From Candidatus Eiseniibacteriota bacterium (lineage in GTDB: Bacteria; Eisenbacteria; RBG-16-71-46; JACRLI01): DNA of 64,000 nt. A program made the position numbers and the translations under genes. The notes below the pieces were generated by a model. The model saw only the letters and a program-made list of their open reading frames with translations. It was not told the origin of the DNA and searched no databases. This document shows positions 38,089 through 46,940 of this stretch, piece after piece. The stretch is taken from NCBI GenBank assembly GCA_025351485.1, contig JANXVU010000164.1, positions 438 to 64,437 on the forward strand, in the 5' to 3' direction. Position 1 is the first letter of the stretch; each line of letters starts with the position of its first letter.

Positions 38089-39114
38089 TTGAGATCGGCA
38101 CGCCTCGCACTCACCTTGCTGCTGGTCGCCGGCGCATCGCGCGCCCAGGCCTCCCCGGCGCACCCGCAGCCCGAGCCTGCCGCTGCGGCGCGGGCGCACG
38201 CGGATTCCACGGCCGAGGCCGCCCGCGACTCGCTGCGCGGCAAGCCGCTCCTGGTGGCTCCCATGGACCCGACCTTCCACGAGCCGTTGATCTCCTTGAA
38301 GATCAACGGTGAGGGGCCGTTCCGATTCCGCGTGGACACTTCCTGGCCGCACTCGGTAATTTCCTCGGAGATCGCTTCCAGCCTCCGCCTGCATCCCGAC
38401 GGCGAGGTCCGCCTGCGCCTTCCGGCCGGGGGAGTGGAGGACCACGAGGCCTACCTCGCCTCCAACGTGACCGCCGGCGAGGCGCGGATCCCCGCGCTGC
38501 GCATCGCCGGCATGGACCCCGCCGGGATCCAGGCGTGGAGCCGCAGCGACTACGACGGCGTGCTGGGCTACGATTTCGTGAAGCAGTTCGTGTTCGAGGT
38601 GGACTACCGCGTGAACCTGACCGCGATCTACGATCCGACAGCATTCGTGCCACCCGACTCAGGCTATCCGCTCCAGGCCGGCGCGGATGTGCCCGCGGTG
38701 CAGGCGATCTACGACGGAAAGCATCCCGCCTGGTTCGTCGTGGGCACCGGCCTGCGCAAGGTGCTGTTCCTGCGCCACCGGTTCGTGGAGAGCCGGCGGT
38801 TGTGGCGCGGCGGCGATCCCACCGAGGAAACACAGTTCTGGACGCCCGCCGGCACACGGCGCGCGAGGGTGTTCCGCCACCGCCGGCTCAGCTTCGGCGA
38901 CCGGGCGCTGGAGGTGGGAACCGTGTTGGGCTCCATGGCCGAGGAGGAGCAGGGAGGCGACGCTCCCACCTTCGACGGCGAGCTCAGCGCGCTGGCTTTC
39001 CAGAACGAGGGGCTCCGGCTGACCTTCGACGGGCCACGCGGCCGCCTCTACATCGAGCAGCCCTTCGGCGGCAAGTCCGTGTTTGAAATGATGGAAGACG
39101 ACTCGCCGCACTAG
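38089..39114 (+). CDS. Secreted retropepsin-like aspartyl-protease-fold protein, degenerate
   Basis: 'INGEGPFRFRVDTS', 'DGVLGYDF'; second lobe reads 'FVVGTG'. Confidence 0.7.
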   Translation: MRSARLALTLLLVAGASRAQASPAHPQPEPAAAARAHADSTAEAARDSLRGKPLLVAPMDPTFHEPLISLKINGEGPFRFRVDTSWPHSVISSEIASSLRLHPDGEVRLRLPAGGVEDHEAYLASNVTAGEARIPALRIAGMDPAGIQAWSRSDYDGVLGYDFVKQFVFEVDYRVNLTAIYDPTAFVPPDSGYPLQAGADVPAVQAIYDGKHPAWFVVGTGLRKVLFLRHRFVESRRLWRGGDPTEETQFWTPAGTRRARVFRHRRLSFGDRALEVGTVLGSMAEEEQGGDAPTFDGELSALAFQNEGLRLTFDGPRGRLYIEQPFGGKSVFEMMEDDSPH

Positions 39115-39154
39115 CGCCTTCATCCCATCCCGCCCCATCCCACGGAGGGCCTGT

Positions 39155-41017
39155 ATGTACCGAATCCGCTACCGCGCCCTGGCCCTGCTGGCGGGAGCGC
39201 TGCTCGCGCTTTCCCTGGCGCCTCGCGCCTCGGCGCAGGCACCCGACCTGAAAGAAGTCCTGCGCCGGCACGCCGAGGCGCTGGGCGGGCTCGAAAAGAT
39301 CCGCGCCCTCAAGTGCCTCCGGGGCGAATCCGCCGTGCACGCGGGGGGCCTCGAGGGGCGATCGCTGAACTACTCCGAATTCCCGCGCCGGCTCCGGCAG
39401 GACCTGGACCTCAAGATCGTGAAGCTGACCGAAGTGCTCGACGATACCATCGCCTGGCAGCGCGATCCCAACGGACAACTCAAGAAGTTGGACGTGGAAG
39501 AGCGCAAACAACTGGTCTCCGAAAGCTGCTTCGGCTCCCTGGCCTACCTCACCGCGCCCGATTCCCTGGTGCACGTCTCGCTCTCTTCCGACCCCTCCGA
39601 CAGCGCCCAGTACGTGACCTTGCAGGTGGAGCCCCGCAGCGGGGTGAAGATCCGGCTGGCGATCTCGCCCGCCAATTGGCTGGTGGCCAAGATGATGATG
39701 ACGGTCGTTACCGGCGAAGTGTCCATCTACCTGGACGACTATCGCCCGGTCGGCGGCGTGATGACGGCTTTCCACACCGCGCAGGTGATCTCCGGGGACG
39801 CGGCGCACGCCATCACCACCGACATACTTCGGGCCGATGCGGTGGAGTCCCTGCCCGACACGCTGTGGCGCTACCCGCTGGATGCGGCGCGGGACTGGTC
39901 CCTGCCCGCCGGCCGCACCAGCCTGGCGGTCCCGATCGAGGTACACGAGCACCACGTGATCCTGAAGGCCCGCGTCAACGGCCGGGGTCCGTTCAACTTC
40001 GTGCTCGACACCGGGGCGGGCGCCACTACGCTGGACAAGGCCTTCGCCATCCAACTGGGGCTCAAGTCCCAGGGCCAGCTCGGAGTGCAGGGCGTGGGCG
40101 GCTCCACCGACTTCGGGTTCGTCCAGGTGGATTCCTTCGATGTCGGGGGCGCGGTGATGCGCGGACAGCGCGCGGTGACCGTGGACCTCTCGGCGATCCG
40201 CGAGGCGATCGGCTCGGACTTCGCCGGGATCCTGGGCTACGACTTCATTTCGCGCTTCGTGGTGACCGTGGATTATGCCGGCGGCACTCTGGGTCTGTCC
40301 GATCCCGCCGCATTCGCGGCGCCGCCCGGGACCCGGGAACTTTCGATCCAGCTGATGCAGAACGTCCCCATCGTGGAAGCCGCCTTCAACGACGGGCCGG
40401 CCGGCCGGTTCATGCTGGACACCGGCAACAACGGCAGCCTGCTGCTGCACGGCGCGTTCGTGCGCGCCCACGACCTGGTGAACAGGGCGCCGAAGAAAAT
40501 CGAGGGCCAGATGCGAGGGGCGGGAGGCCTGGAGGCCAACTACGTCACGCGCGCCGACAGCCTTTCCCTGGGCGGCTTCACCGTGAGCCGGCCGATCGCG
40601 GAGCTCTCCACTTCGGAGGCCGGGATCACCGGCGGGGCCGGGGACATCGCCGGGAACATCGGCGGTCGGATACTGGAGAAGTTCACGCTCACACTGGACT
40701 ACGCCCGTCGCAGGATTTGCCTGTCGCCGAACGCGCACTTCGCGGACGAAATGATCTACGACCGGCTGGGCTGGGTGCTGGAGCGCAGGAACGGTTCGCT
40801 GACCGTCAGTGACGTCCGCCCCGGTTCTCCCGCCGAGCAGGCCGGGGTGGCTGTCGAAGACCTGGTCATGGAGATCGAGGGGAAGGATCTCTCCGGTTTG
40901 AAACCCGCCGAGGTCCGCGAGTACTCACAGCGGCCTGAAAATTCGGTGCTCCACCTCAAGCTCAAGCGAAAGAACAGGTTCGTAACCATGGAGGTCAAGC
41001 TCCAGGACATGATCTAG
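39155..41017 (+). CDS. Secreted two-lobed aspartyl protease with C-terminal PDZ domain
   Basis: 'VLDTGA...GILGYDF' and 'MLDTGN...GNIG'; PDZ-like 'GSPAEQAGV..EDLVMEIEG'. Confidence 0.88.
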   Translation: MYRIRYRALALLAGALLALSLAPRASAQAPDLKEVLRRHAEALGGLEKIRALKCLRGESAVHAGGLEGRSLNYSEFPRRLRQDLDLKIVKLTEVLDDTIAWQRDPNGQLKKLDVEERKQLVSESCFGSLAYLTAPDSLVHVSLSSDPSDSAQYVTLQVEPRSGVKIRLAISPANWLVAKMMMTVVTGEVSIYLDDYRPVGGVMTAFHTAQVISGDAAHAITTDILRADAVESLPDTLWRYPLDAARDWSLPAGRTSLAVPIEVHEHHVILKARVNGRGPFNFVLDTGAGATTLDKAFAIQLGLKSQGQLGVQGVGGSTDFGFVQVDSFDVGGAVMRGQRAVTVDLSAIREAIGSDFAGILGYDFISRFVVTVDYAGGTLGLSDPAAFAAPPGTRELSIQLMQNVPIVEAAFNDGPAGRFMLDTGNNGSLLLHGAFVRAHDLVNRAPKKIEGQMRGAGGLEANYVTRADSLSLGGFTVSRPIAELSTSEAGITGGAGDIAGNIGGRILEKFTLTLDYARRRICLSPNAHFADEMIYDRLGWVLERRNGSLTVSDVRPGSPAEQAGVAVEDLVMEIEGKDLSGLKPAEVREYSQRPENSVLHLKLKRKNRFVTMEVKLQDMI

Positions 41018-41083
41018 GCCTTGTCCGGAGCATTCCGGGTGGCGCCGGTTTCTTCCGCGCTGGCGGCGCGCGGCGCGAAACGC

Positions 41084-41089
41084 TATAAT
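41084..41089 (+). promoter_or_regulatory. -10 hexamer for the GS III gene
   Basis: Perfect TATAAT in a GC-rich intergenic region about 110 nt upstream of the ATG. Confidence 0.5.
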
Positions 41090-41197
41090 CAACCATGAAT
41101 CGAGGTTCCGCGCGGGCGAGGCTCGCCGCGGGATTTCCAGGTTCCACATAGATCCCGCCAGGCCCAGGCTTGTCGTGGTCCACCCAAAGGAGAACCC

Positions 41198-43378
41198 ATG
41201 AGCTCCCCTCGTGAAGCGGCGCAGCTTGCCGTGCAGAGCCGCCAGCCCCGCACCTTCGATGTTCCGCGCCAGCCCGACGGGCACCGCGCGCCGGTCAGCA
41301 GCTACTTCGGCCGGCACGTGCTCGACCTTCTCAAGCTGAAAGAGCGCCTTCCGCGCGAGAGCTACCAGGCGCTGCTGTCCACGGTGCGCCACGGCAAGCC
41401 GCTGCCGAGAGAAGTCGCCGAATCCGTTGCCTCGGTGGCGCGGGAGTGGGCCACGTCCCACGGCGCCACGCACTTCACGCACTGGTTCCAGCCCATGACC
41501 GGGCTCACCGCCGAAAAGCACGACGGCTTCATCGACCTCAACGTGCAGATCCCGGGCGAGCTGCGCGTGCTGGAGCGTTTTTCCGGCTCCCAGCTATCGC
41601 AGGGCGAGCCGGACGCCAGCTCCTTCCCTTCGGGCGGAATGCGCTCCACCTTCGAGGCGCGCGGCTACACCGCCTGGGACCCGACCTCGCCGATGTTCCT
41701 GGTGGAGAGCGCCAACGGCCGCACGCTGTGCATCCCGTCGGTCTACATCAGCTACCACGGCCAGAGCCTGGACCACAAGACGCCGCTGCTCCGCTCGCTG
41801 GACGCGCTGAGCCGCCAGGCGGTCGCCTTCCTGAAGCTGCTGGGCGACGTGGACGTGCACTCGGTCTCGGCCACCCTGGGCTGCGAGCAGGAATACTTCC
41901 TGGTGGACCGCGACCACTTCGCGCTGCGTCCCGACCTGGTGCTGTGCGAGCGCACGCTGCTGGGGGCGGCTTCCCCGCGCGGCCAGCAGTTCGAGGACCA
42001 CTACTTCGGTTCCATTCCGCCGCGCGCGCTGGCCTTCATGGAAGAACTGGAGTTCGAGTTGCAGCGCCTGGGCGTGCCGGTCAAGACGCGCCACAACGAG
42101 GTCGCGCCCATGCAGTTCGAGATGGCGCCGATCTTTGAAGACGTGAACATGGCCAACGACCACAACGTGCTGGCCATGGACGTGGCCCGCAAGGTGGCGC
42201 TGCGGCACCACCTGGTGTGCCTGTTCCACGAAAAGCCCTTCGCGCGCCTGAACGGCAGCGGCAAGCACTGCAACTGGAGCATGGTCACCGACCGCGGCGA
42301 TAACCTGTTGGAACCCGGCCACACCCCGCACCAGAACCTCCGCTTCCTGGCCTTCCTGGCCGCGTGCCTGAAAGCCGTGCACGAGCACGCGGTGGCGCTG
42401 CGCTACTCCATCGCCAACGCCAACAACGACCTGCGCCTGGGCGCCAACGAGGCCCCGCCGGCGATCCTGAGCGTGTTCGTGGGCGACCTGATGACCGATA
42501 TCATCGAGAAGATCATCTCGGGCAAGCCCGGCAAGGATCCCGACCACTTCGTGCTGGAGATGGGCGTCTCCAAGCTGCCCATGCTGGCGCGCGACAACAC
42601 CGACCGCAACCGCACCTCGCCGTTCGCCTTCACCGGGAACAAGTTCGAGTACCGCGCCGTGGGCAGTTCGGCCAACTGCGCCGGCCCGGTGACCATGCTG
42701 AACGCGGCCATCGCAGACGTGCTGGGCAAGATGACCGCCCGGCTCAAGGCGAAGATCGACGCGGGCGAGGGCCGCGACGCCGCGGTGCTGTCGCTGCTCA
42801 AGGAAGTGTTCTCCGAGACCGCCCCGATCCGTTTCGAAGGCAACGGCTACAGCGACGAGTGGAAGGCCGAGGCGAAGAAGCGGGGGCTCCCAAACACGCC
42901 GGTGGCGCCCACCGCCATCGAGGCCATGCGCGATCCGAAGCAGAGCGGATTCCTGCTCGAGCTCGGGATCCTGTCCGAGATGGAGCTCTCGAGCCGGTTC
43001 AACGTGGAGATCGAGCGCTACATCAAGCAGGTGACGCTGGAGGCCAGCACCATGGTGGAGCTCCTGACCACCTTCGTGGTCCCGGCGGCCGAACGGCAAC
43101 TGGTCGCGAGCGCCGGGGCCAAGGGCGCGCTGCTCAAGAAGCGCGCGGACGCGGTGGCCACGGGGCTCGAAAGCGTGCTGGGAGCGGCGCACAAGCTGGA
43201 AGCGCTGCTCGAGGAGCTGGACGGAGTGCACGACGAGTCGGTGCGCGCCGCGCGGCTGGCCGCGGAGCTGCGCCCGATCATGGACCACGCCCGAGACGCC
43301 GCCGACGGCCTGGAGAAGATCCTGGACGACGGCCTGTGGCCCATGCCCAAGTACCGCGAGATGCTGTTCATCCGCTGA
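41198..43378 (+). CDS. glnA: Glutamine synthetase type III
   Basis: 'HFTHWFQPMTG.TAEKHD', 'EPDASSFPSGG.R.TFEARGYTAWD', 'DRNRTSPFAFTGNKFE', 'WPMPKYREMLF'. Confidence 0.96.
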   Translation: MSSPREAAQLAVQSRQPRTFDVPRQPDGHRAPVSSYFGRHVLDLLKLKERLPRESYQALLSTVRHGKPLPREVAESVASVAREWATSHGATHFTHWFQPMTGLTAEKHDGFIDLNVQIPGELRVLERFSGSQLSQGEPDASSFPSGGMRSTFEARGYTAWDPTSPMFLVESANGRTLCIPSVYISYHGQSLDHKTPLLRSLDALSRQAVAFLKLLGDVDVHSVSATLGCEQEYFLVDRDHFALRPDLVLCERTLLGAASPRGQQFEDHYFGSIPPRALAFMEELEFELQRLGVPVKTRHNEVAPMQFEMAPIFEDVNMANDHNVLAMDVARKVALRHHLVCLFHEKPFARLNGSGKHCNWSMVTDRGDNLLEPGHTPHQNLRFLAFLAACLKAVHEHAVALRYSIANANNDLRLGANEAPPAILSVFVGDLMTDIIEKIISGKPGKDPDHFVLEMGVSKLPMLARDNTDRNRTSPFAFTGNKFEYRAVGSSANCAGPVTMLNAAIADVLGKMTARLKAKIDAGEGRDAAVLSLLKEVFSETAPIRFEGNGYSDEWKAEAKKRGLPNTPVAPTAIEAMRDPKQSGFLLELGILSEMELSSRFNVEIERYIKQVTLEASTMVELLTTFVVPAAERQLVASAGAKGALLKKRADAVATGLESVLGAAHKLEALLEELDGVHDESVRAARLAAELRPIMDHARDAADGLEKILDDGLWPMPKYREMLFIR

Positions 43379-43418
43379 GCAATCCGGCGCGGGGAGGAAT
43401 GCCCTCCCCGCGCCCGCC

Positions 43419-43448
43419 TTGCCGCTTTCCCGGCCCATCTGCTATTCT
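43419..43448 (+). promoter_or_regulatory. Sigma70-like promoter upstream of efp
   Basis: TTGCCG-N18-TATTCT with an extended TG, directly after a 12-bp hairpin (43386-43414). Confidence 0.55.
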
Positions 43449-43599
43449 TTGGTCGTTCGGATGATCCCGCCCTGGCGGGACCCCGCCGCAGACTTATCTC
43501 GCCCGCCGTGGTGTCCGTACAAGTCCTTATTGAATATCAACTTAGTACGTGACCCGGCCGCTGTGCCGCACACTTCACGCTCACAGGAGGTTTGTTTCC

Positions 43600-44166
43600 A
43601 TGCCCATTCCGGCCACTCAGATCAAGGTCGGCATGACCATTCTGTACAACAGCCAGCCCCACAAGGTGCTCCAGGTGGTGCACGTCACCCCGGGGAACTG
43701 GCGCGGCATGGTGCAGACCAAGATGGTCAACATCCAGACCGGATCCAGCGCGGAACACCGCTTCCGCTCGGAAGACAAGGTGGACAAGGCCGAGATGGAA
43801 ACGCACCCGATGCGTTACCTCTACAAGGCCGGCGCCGAGTACATGTTCATGAACATGGAATCCTACGAGCAGGTGAGCATGACCGACGAGATGCTCGGGG
43901 AAGCCCGGGACTATCTGATCGAGAACATGGACATCACCGTGGATTACTTCGAGGGTAAGGCCGTGGGCGTGGAGCTGCCCATTTCGGTGACGCTGCAGAT
44001 CGTGGAGTGCGACCCGCCGCTCAAGGGCGCCACCGCCAGCGGCAGCCCCAAGCCCGCCAAGCTCGAGACCGGCGTGGTGGTCAAGGTGCCCCAGCACATG
44101 AACGTGGGCGACAAGGTGATGGTGGACACCCGCGAGGGCACCTTCATCGGGCGCGCGGACTCCTAG
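43600..44166 (+). CDS. efp: Elongation factor P
   Basis: AGGAGG RBS; 'HVTPGNWRG', 'YLY', 'FMNMESYEQ', 'KPAKLETG..V.VP...GD...VDTR.G'. Confidence 0.96.
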   Translation: MPIPATQIKVGMTILYNSQPHKVLQVVHVTPGNWRGMVQTKMVNIQTGSSAEHRFRSEDKVDKAEMETHPMRYLYKAGAEYMFMNMESYEQVSMTDEMLGEARDYLIENMDITVDYFEGKAVGVELPISVTLQIVECDPPLKGATASGSPKPAKLETGVVVKVPQHMNVGDKVMVDTREGTFIGRADS

Positions 44167-44229
44167 CGCGGAGCGCGGCTCCCGGGTGCGCGGATTCCCC
44201 CCAGGTGCCCGTTCGAACCCAAAATATCC

Positions 44230-44261
44230 AGGGCCGGCCCGCGATCGCGGACCGGCCCTTC
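44230..44261. repeat. Palindromic element, copy 1 (terminator/REP-like)
   Basis: agggccggcccgcgatcgcggaccggcccttc; 29/32 identical to 45780-45811. Confidence 0.7.
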
Positions 44262-44282
44262 CTTCATCCCGGATCGTCGCAT

Positions 44283-45008
44283 CTAATTTGAGGGATGCCG
44301 CTCCAGCTTCTGCTCCAGCTTCTTTCGCCTCCCACCGTTTCTCATGCCCTGCCAGGTGAGGAGCGGCCCATAGCTGAAATAGAGCCAGCCCGAAAAGCCG
44401 ATCAATTTCTCCGGACACAGCGCGGCCCACGCCACCGACAGAAGCGGAACGGCCGCCATGGCCAGGTTCTGCCCGATCTCCGCGCGGGTGTCGTGGAGCT
44501 CGATCTCGTTCAGTTCGAGGCCGCCCTGCTCGCTCCACGCATGCCGGTACAGGAACACGAAGATCACGAACACGGCCGCCGCACCCAGCCCGTAGAGCTC
44601 GAACAGCGCCCGGGCATCCGGGACGGTCAGCTCGAAGTGCCCGCCACCCGAGAGCATGTTCGACCAGATGAACTTCAGCGGATAAGCTTAGAACAGCACC
44701 ACGAACAGCAGCGCCGAATTCAGCCACTTGGTGGGGCCGTCCTGGAGCCCATAGCGGCGGAAGTACTCGCAGTGCTTGAACCACACCTGCAGGATGAAGA
44801 AGAAGCACACCGCGAATCCCGGAAACCCGCGGATGGTGCGCGTGAGTTCGGGGAAGGTTCGGGGCACTTCCAGGGACACCATGAGGAGTGTCAGGGTGAA
44901 CGCGAACACTGCGTCGCTGAAGCCCTCCAGCCGGGTCACCTCGAGCCCCCGGGGACGGAAGCCCTTGTCCAGGCCGGTGTGGCGGTGATGAATGTACTCG
45001 CGGATCAT
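44283..45008 (-). pseudogene. TMEM175/DUF1211 potassium-channel-family gene interrupted by an in-frame TAA
   Basis: 'RLEGFSDAVFAF'. The two ORFs share one frame and read LFVVLF*AYPLKF across TAA at 44690-44688. Confidence 0.8.
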
Positions 45009-45121
45009 GCGGCTTCCTCCCTCTTCGCCCGGCCGGGGCGCCGGAAGCGATGCCGCAGGATATCAGAACCAAACCTTCGCCCACCGGTGATTTGCGGCCC
45101 GCTCCGTGCTATCCTGCCGCC

Positions 45122-45742
45122 ATGAAACTCGCGGACATGCTCCTCCAGGCGGCGCAGGTGAGCGGGCGCGTGAGCGCGCTGATCGTGTTTGACGTGCTCG
45201 CGGTCTTCCTTGCCGTGCACGCGGGTCGGGGGCTTTCCAGGCGCGGGACTGCCGTGCACGCAAACCCACGTTCGCTTGCAGGCGCCGCGCTCACGATGGT
45301 GCTCGCGCTGTTCGTTGCCGGCTGTGTGTGGTGGCGCCTCGGCAGCATCCCGGTCGCCGGACCGCTGGTGGTGGCGCTCATCGGCCTTTGCAGCATCCTG
45401 GGCTCGGTGATGTGCTTCATGGCGCTCTCGTTCATCGTGTGGGGCTTTCTGGCGCTGGGCCCGTCCGGGCATGTGCTGGCGCGGGTGGACCGCGGGGCGA
45501 AGCTGGTCACCACGGGTCCGTATCTGCTGGTGCGGCACCCGGTCTATTTTGGAATCGGCCTGCTGTTCCTGGGTGCGGCCCTGGCGGTGGCTTCGTGGTG
45601 GGCGCTGGTGGGGGCGGTGGCGTGGTGGCCGTTGGCGCTGCACCGCGCGCGGCTGGAGGACGAGCTGCTGCGGCGGGCGTTCGGCGCGGAGTTCGAGGAG
45701 TATGCGCGGCGGGTGCCGGGGGTGGTGCCGGGATTCAAGTAG
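45122..45742 (+). CDS. ICMT/PEMT-family methyltransferase
   Basis: 'LVTTGPYLLVRHPVY', 'EDELL...FG.EFEEY.RRVP'; TGcTATCCT lies 6 nt before the ATG. Confidence 0.85.
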   Translation: MKLADMLLQAAQVSGRVSALIVFDVLAVFLAVHAGRGLSRRGTAVHANPRSLAGAALTMVLALFVAGCVWWRLGSIPVAGPLVVALIGLCSILGSVMCFMALSFIVWGFLALGPSGHVLARVDRGAKLVTTGPYLLVRHPVYFGIGLLFLGAALAVASWWALVGAVAWWPLALHRARLEDELLRRAFGAEFEEYARRVPGVVPGFK

Positions 45743-45779
45743 GCGATCCGGTTGTCCATTCCAGATCCAGGAAATTGAA

Positions 45780-45811
45780 AGGGCCGGTCCGCCATCGCGA
45801 ACCGGCCCTTC
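45780..45811. repeat. Palindromic element, copy 2 (also a bidirectional terminator)
   Basis: agggccggtccgccatcgcgaaccggcccttc, flanked by gaaa and ttcatttt. Confidence 0.7.
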
Positions 45812-45841
45812 TTCATTTTCTCAATCCCGTTGTTGCAGAAA

Positions 45842-46632
45842 CTACCGCTTTACGTTCCGCGCGATCGCCAGTCCCGCCAGGCCCAGCGCCATGAAGCCAA
45901 GGGTGCGCGGCTCGGGCACCGGGCCCGCCGTGCCTTCGAGGGAAAAAGCCCCGTTGAACGGGCCCTGGTGGGTGATGTCCGTGCCCACCCGCAGCCAGTC
46001 CGGGGAAAGCGCTTCGTTGCGGATCCAGGTCTGCAGGTCGGGAACGAACGGCGTACCGTCCGCGCCGATCGGCTTGGGCGCCGACAGCCAGTAGAATTCG
46101 CCGTTCTGGGTGTCCACTTCGACCTGCGGCACAAAGAAGTAGTGGTCTGAGTCCAGATCGAGCGGGGCGCTGAACGTGAGGTCGAATTCCACCTCGGTGC
46201 CGCGCATGGCCCCCTCGCCGCCCGTGAACTGGTTCGGGATGGGGTTGATTCCGTTCAGCACGCTGTTGTTCGTGGTGAAGAGCGAGGCCAGGGTCTTGGT
46301 CGAGAAAGTCATGTTCGCGTCTGCGGACTGGCGAGAGGCAAAGACCACGTCCGAGGGCGAGTTCACTCGGGTCGGCACGTTTCCCGTGGGCGGGTTGTTC
46401 GAGTCCCCGGGGAACACCCGGTAGATCTCGACTCCCACGTTGAGGATGTCGGAGACGGTCGCGTTTCCGGAGAGAATCCCGGTGAAGGTCGCGTGCTGGA
46501 TGCTGGTGGAACTCGTCAGGACGAAGTCGTCCGCGGCTTCGATCTCCATCTTACCGTTGGAGCCGGCCCGGTCACGCAGATCAGAGCCAACCCCGCGATG
46601 AGGGTCGGGATGGTTCGGCTGGAGCGGAACAC
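45842..46632 (-). pseudogene. PEP-CTERM protein gene with signal peptide out of frame (frameshift or deletion)
   Basis: C-terminus 'VPEPRTLGFMALGLAGLAIARNVKR'. AGGAGG plus GTG at 46632 gives the signal-like MFRSSRTIPTLIAGLALICVTGPA, 83 nt upstream of and out of frame with ORF 46549-45842. Confidence 0.7.
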
Positions 46633-46815
46633 GGGAGCCCTCCTGGGTGCGGATGGATGTGGCCGATCGCCGTGCCCGTCCGCAGTCGCCCCGGTGGCGG
46701 CCGCTTGGGTGGCAGTGGACTCAGGAATGCTTTGTGAATTATACGCCCGCGGATCGCCCTGTCAACGCGCGGGGCAAGGCGCCAAAAATTTCCTGCCCAT
46801 CCGTTCACTTTTTTC

Positions 46816-46844
46816 TTGCCTACTGCACGCCTGTGCAGTAGGCT
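46816..46844 (+). promoter_or_regulatory. lexA promoter containing a putative SOS box TGCAC-GCCT-GTGCA
   Basis: TTGCCT-N17-TAGGCT; a perfect 11-bp inverted repeat (46818-46828/46833-46843) covers the spacer. Confidence 0.8.
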
Positions 46845-46940
46845 TCTTTCCAGAGGCGTTGGACGCGCCCTTGATCCATCTCTGGCCCCGGACGGCCGGG
46901 CATTCTGCGGCCCGGCACCCGGGAGTTTGAAAGAGGAACC

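Noticed and set aside
44688-44690. Selenocysteine or pyrrolysine recoding in the TMEM175 gene
   Set aside because: The stop is TAA, not TGA or TAG.
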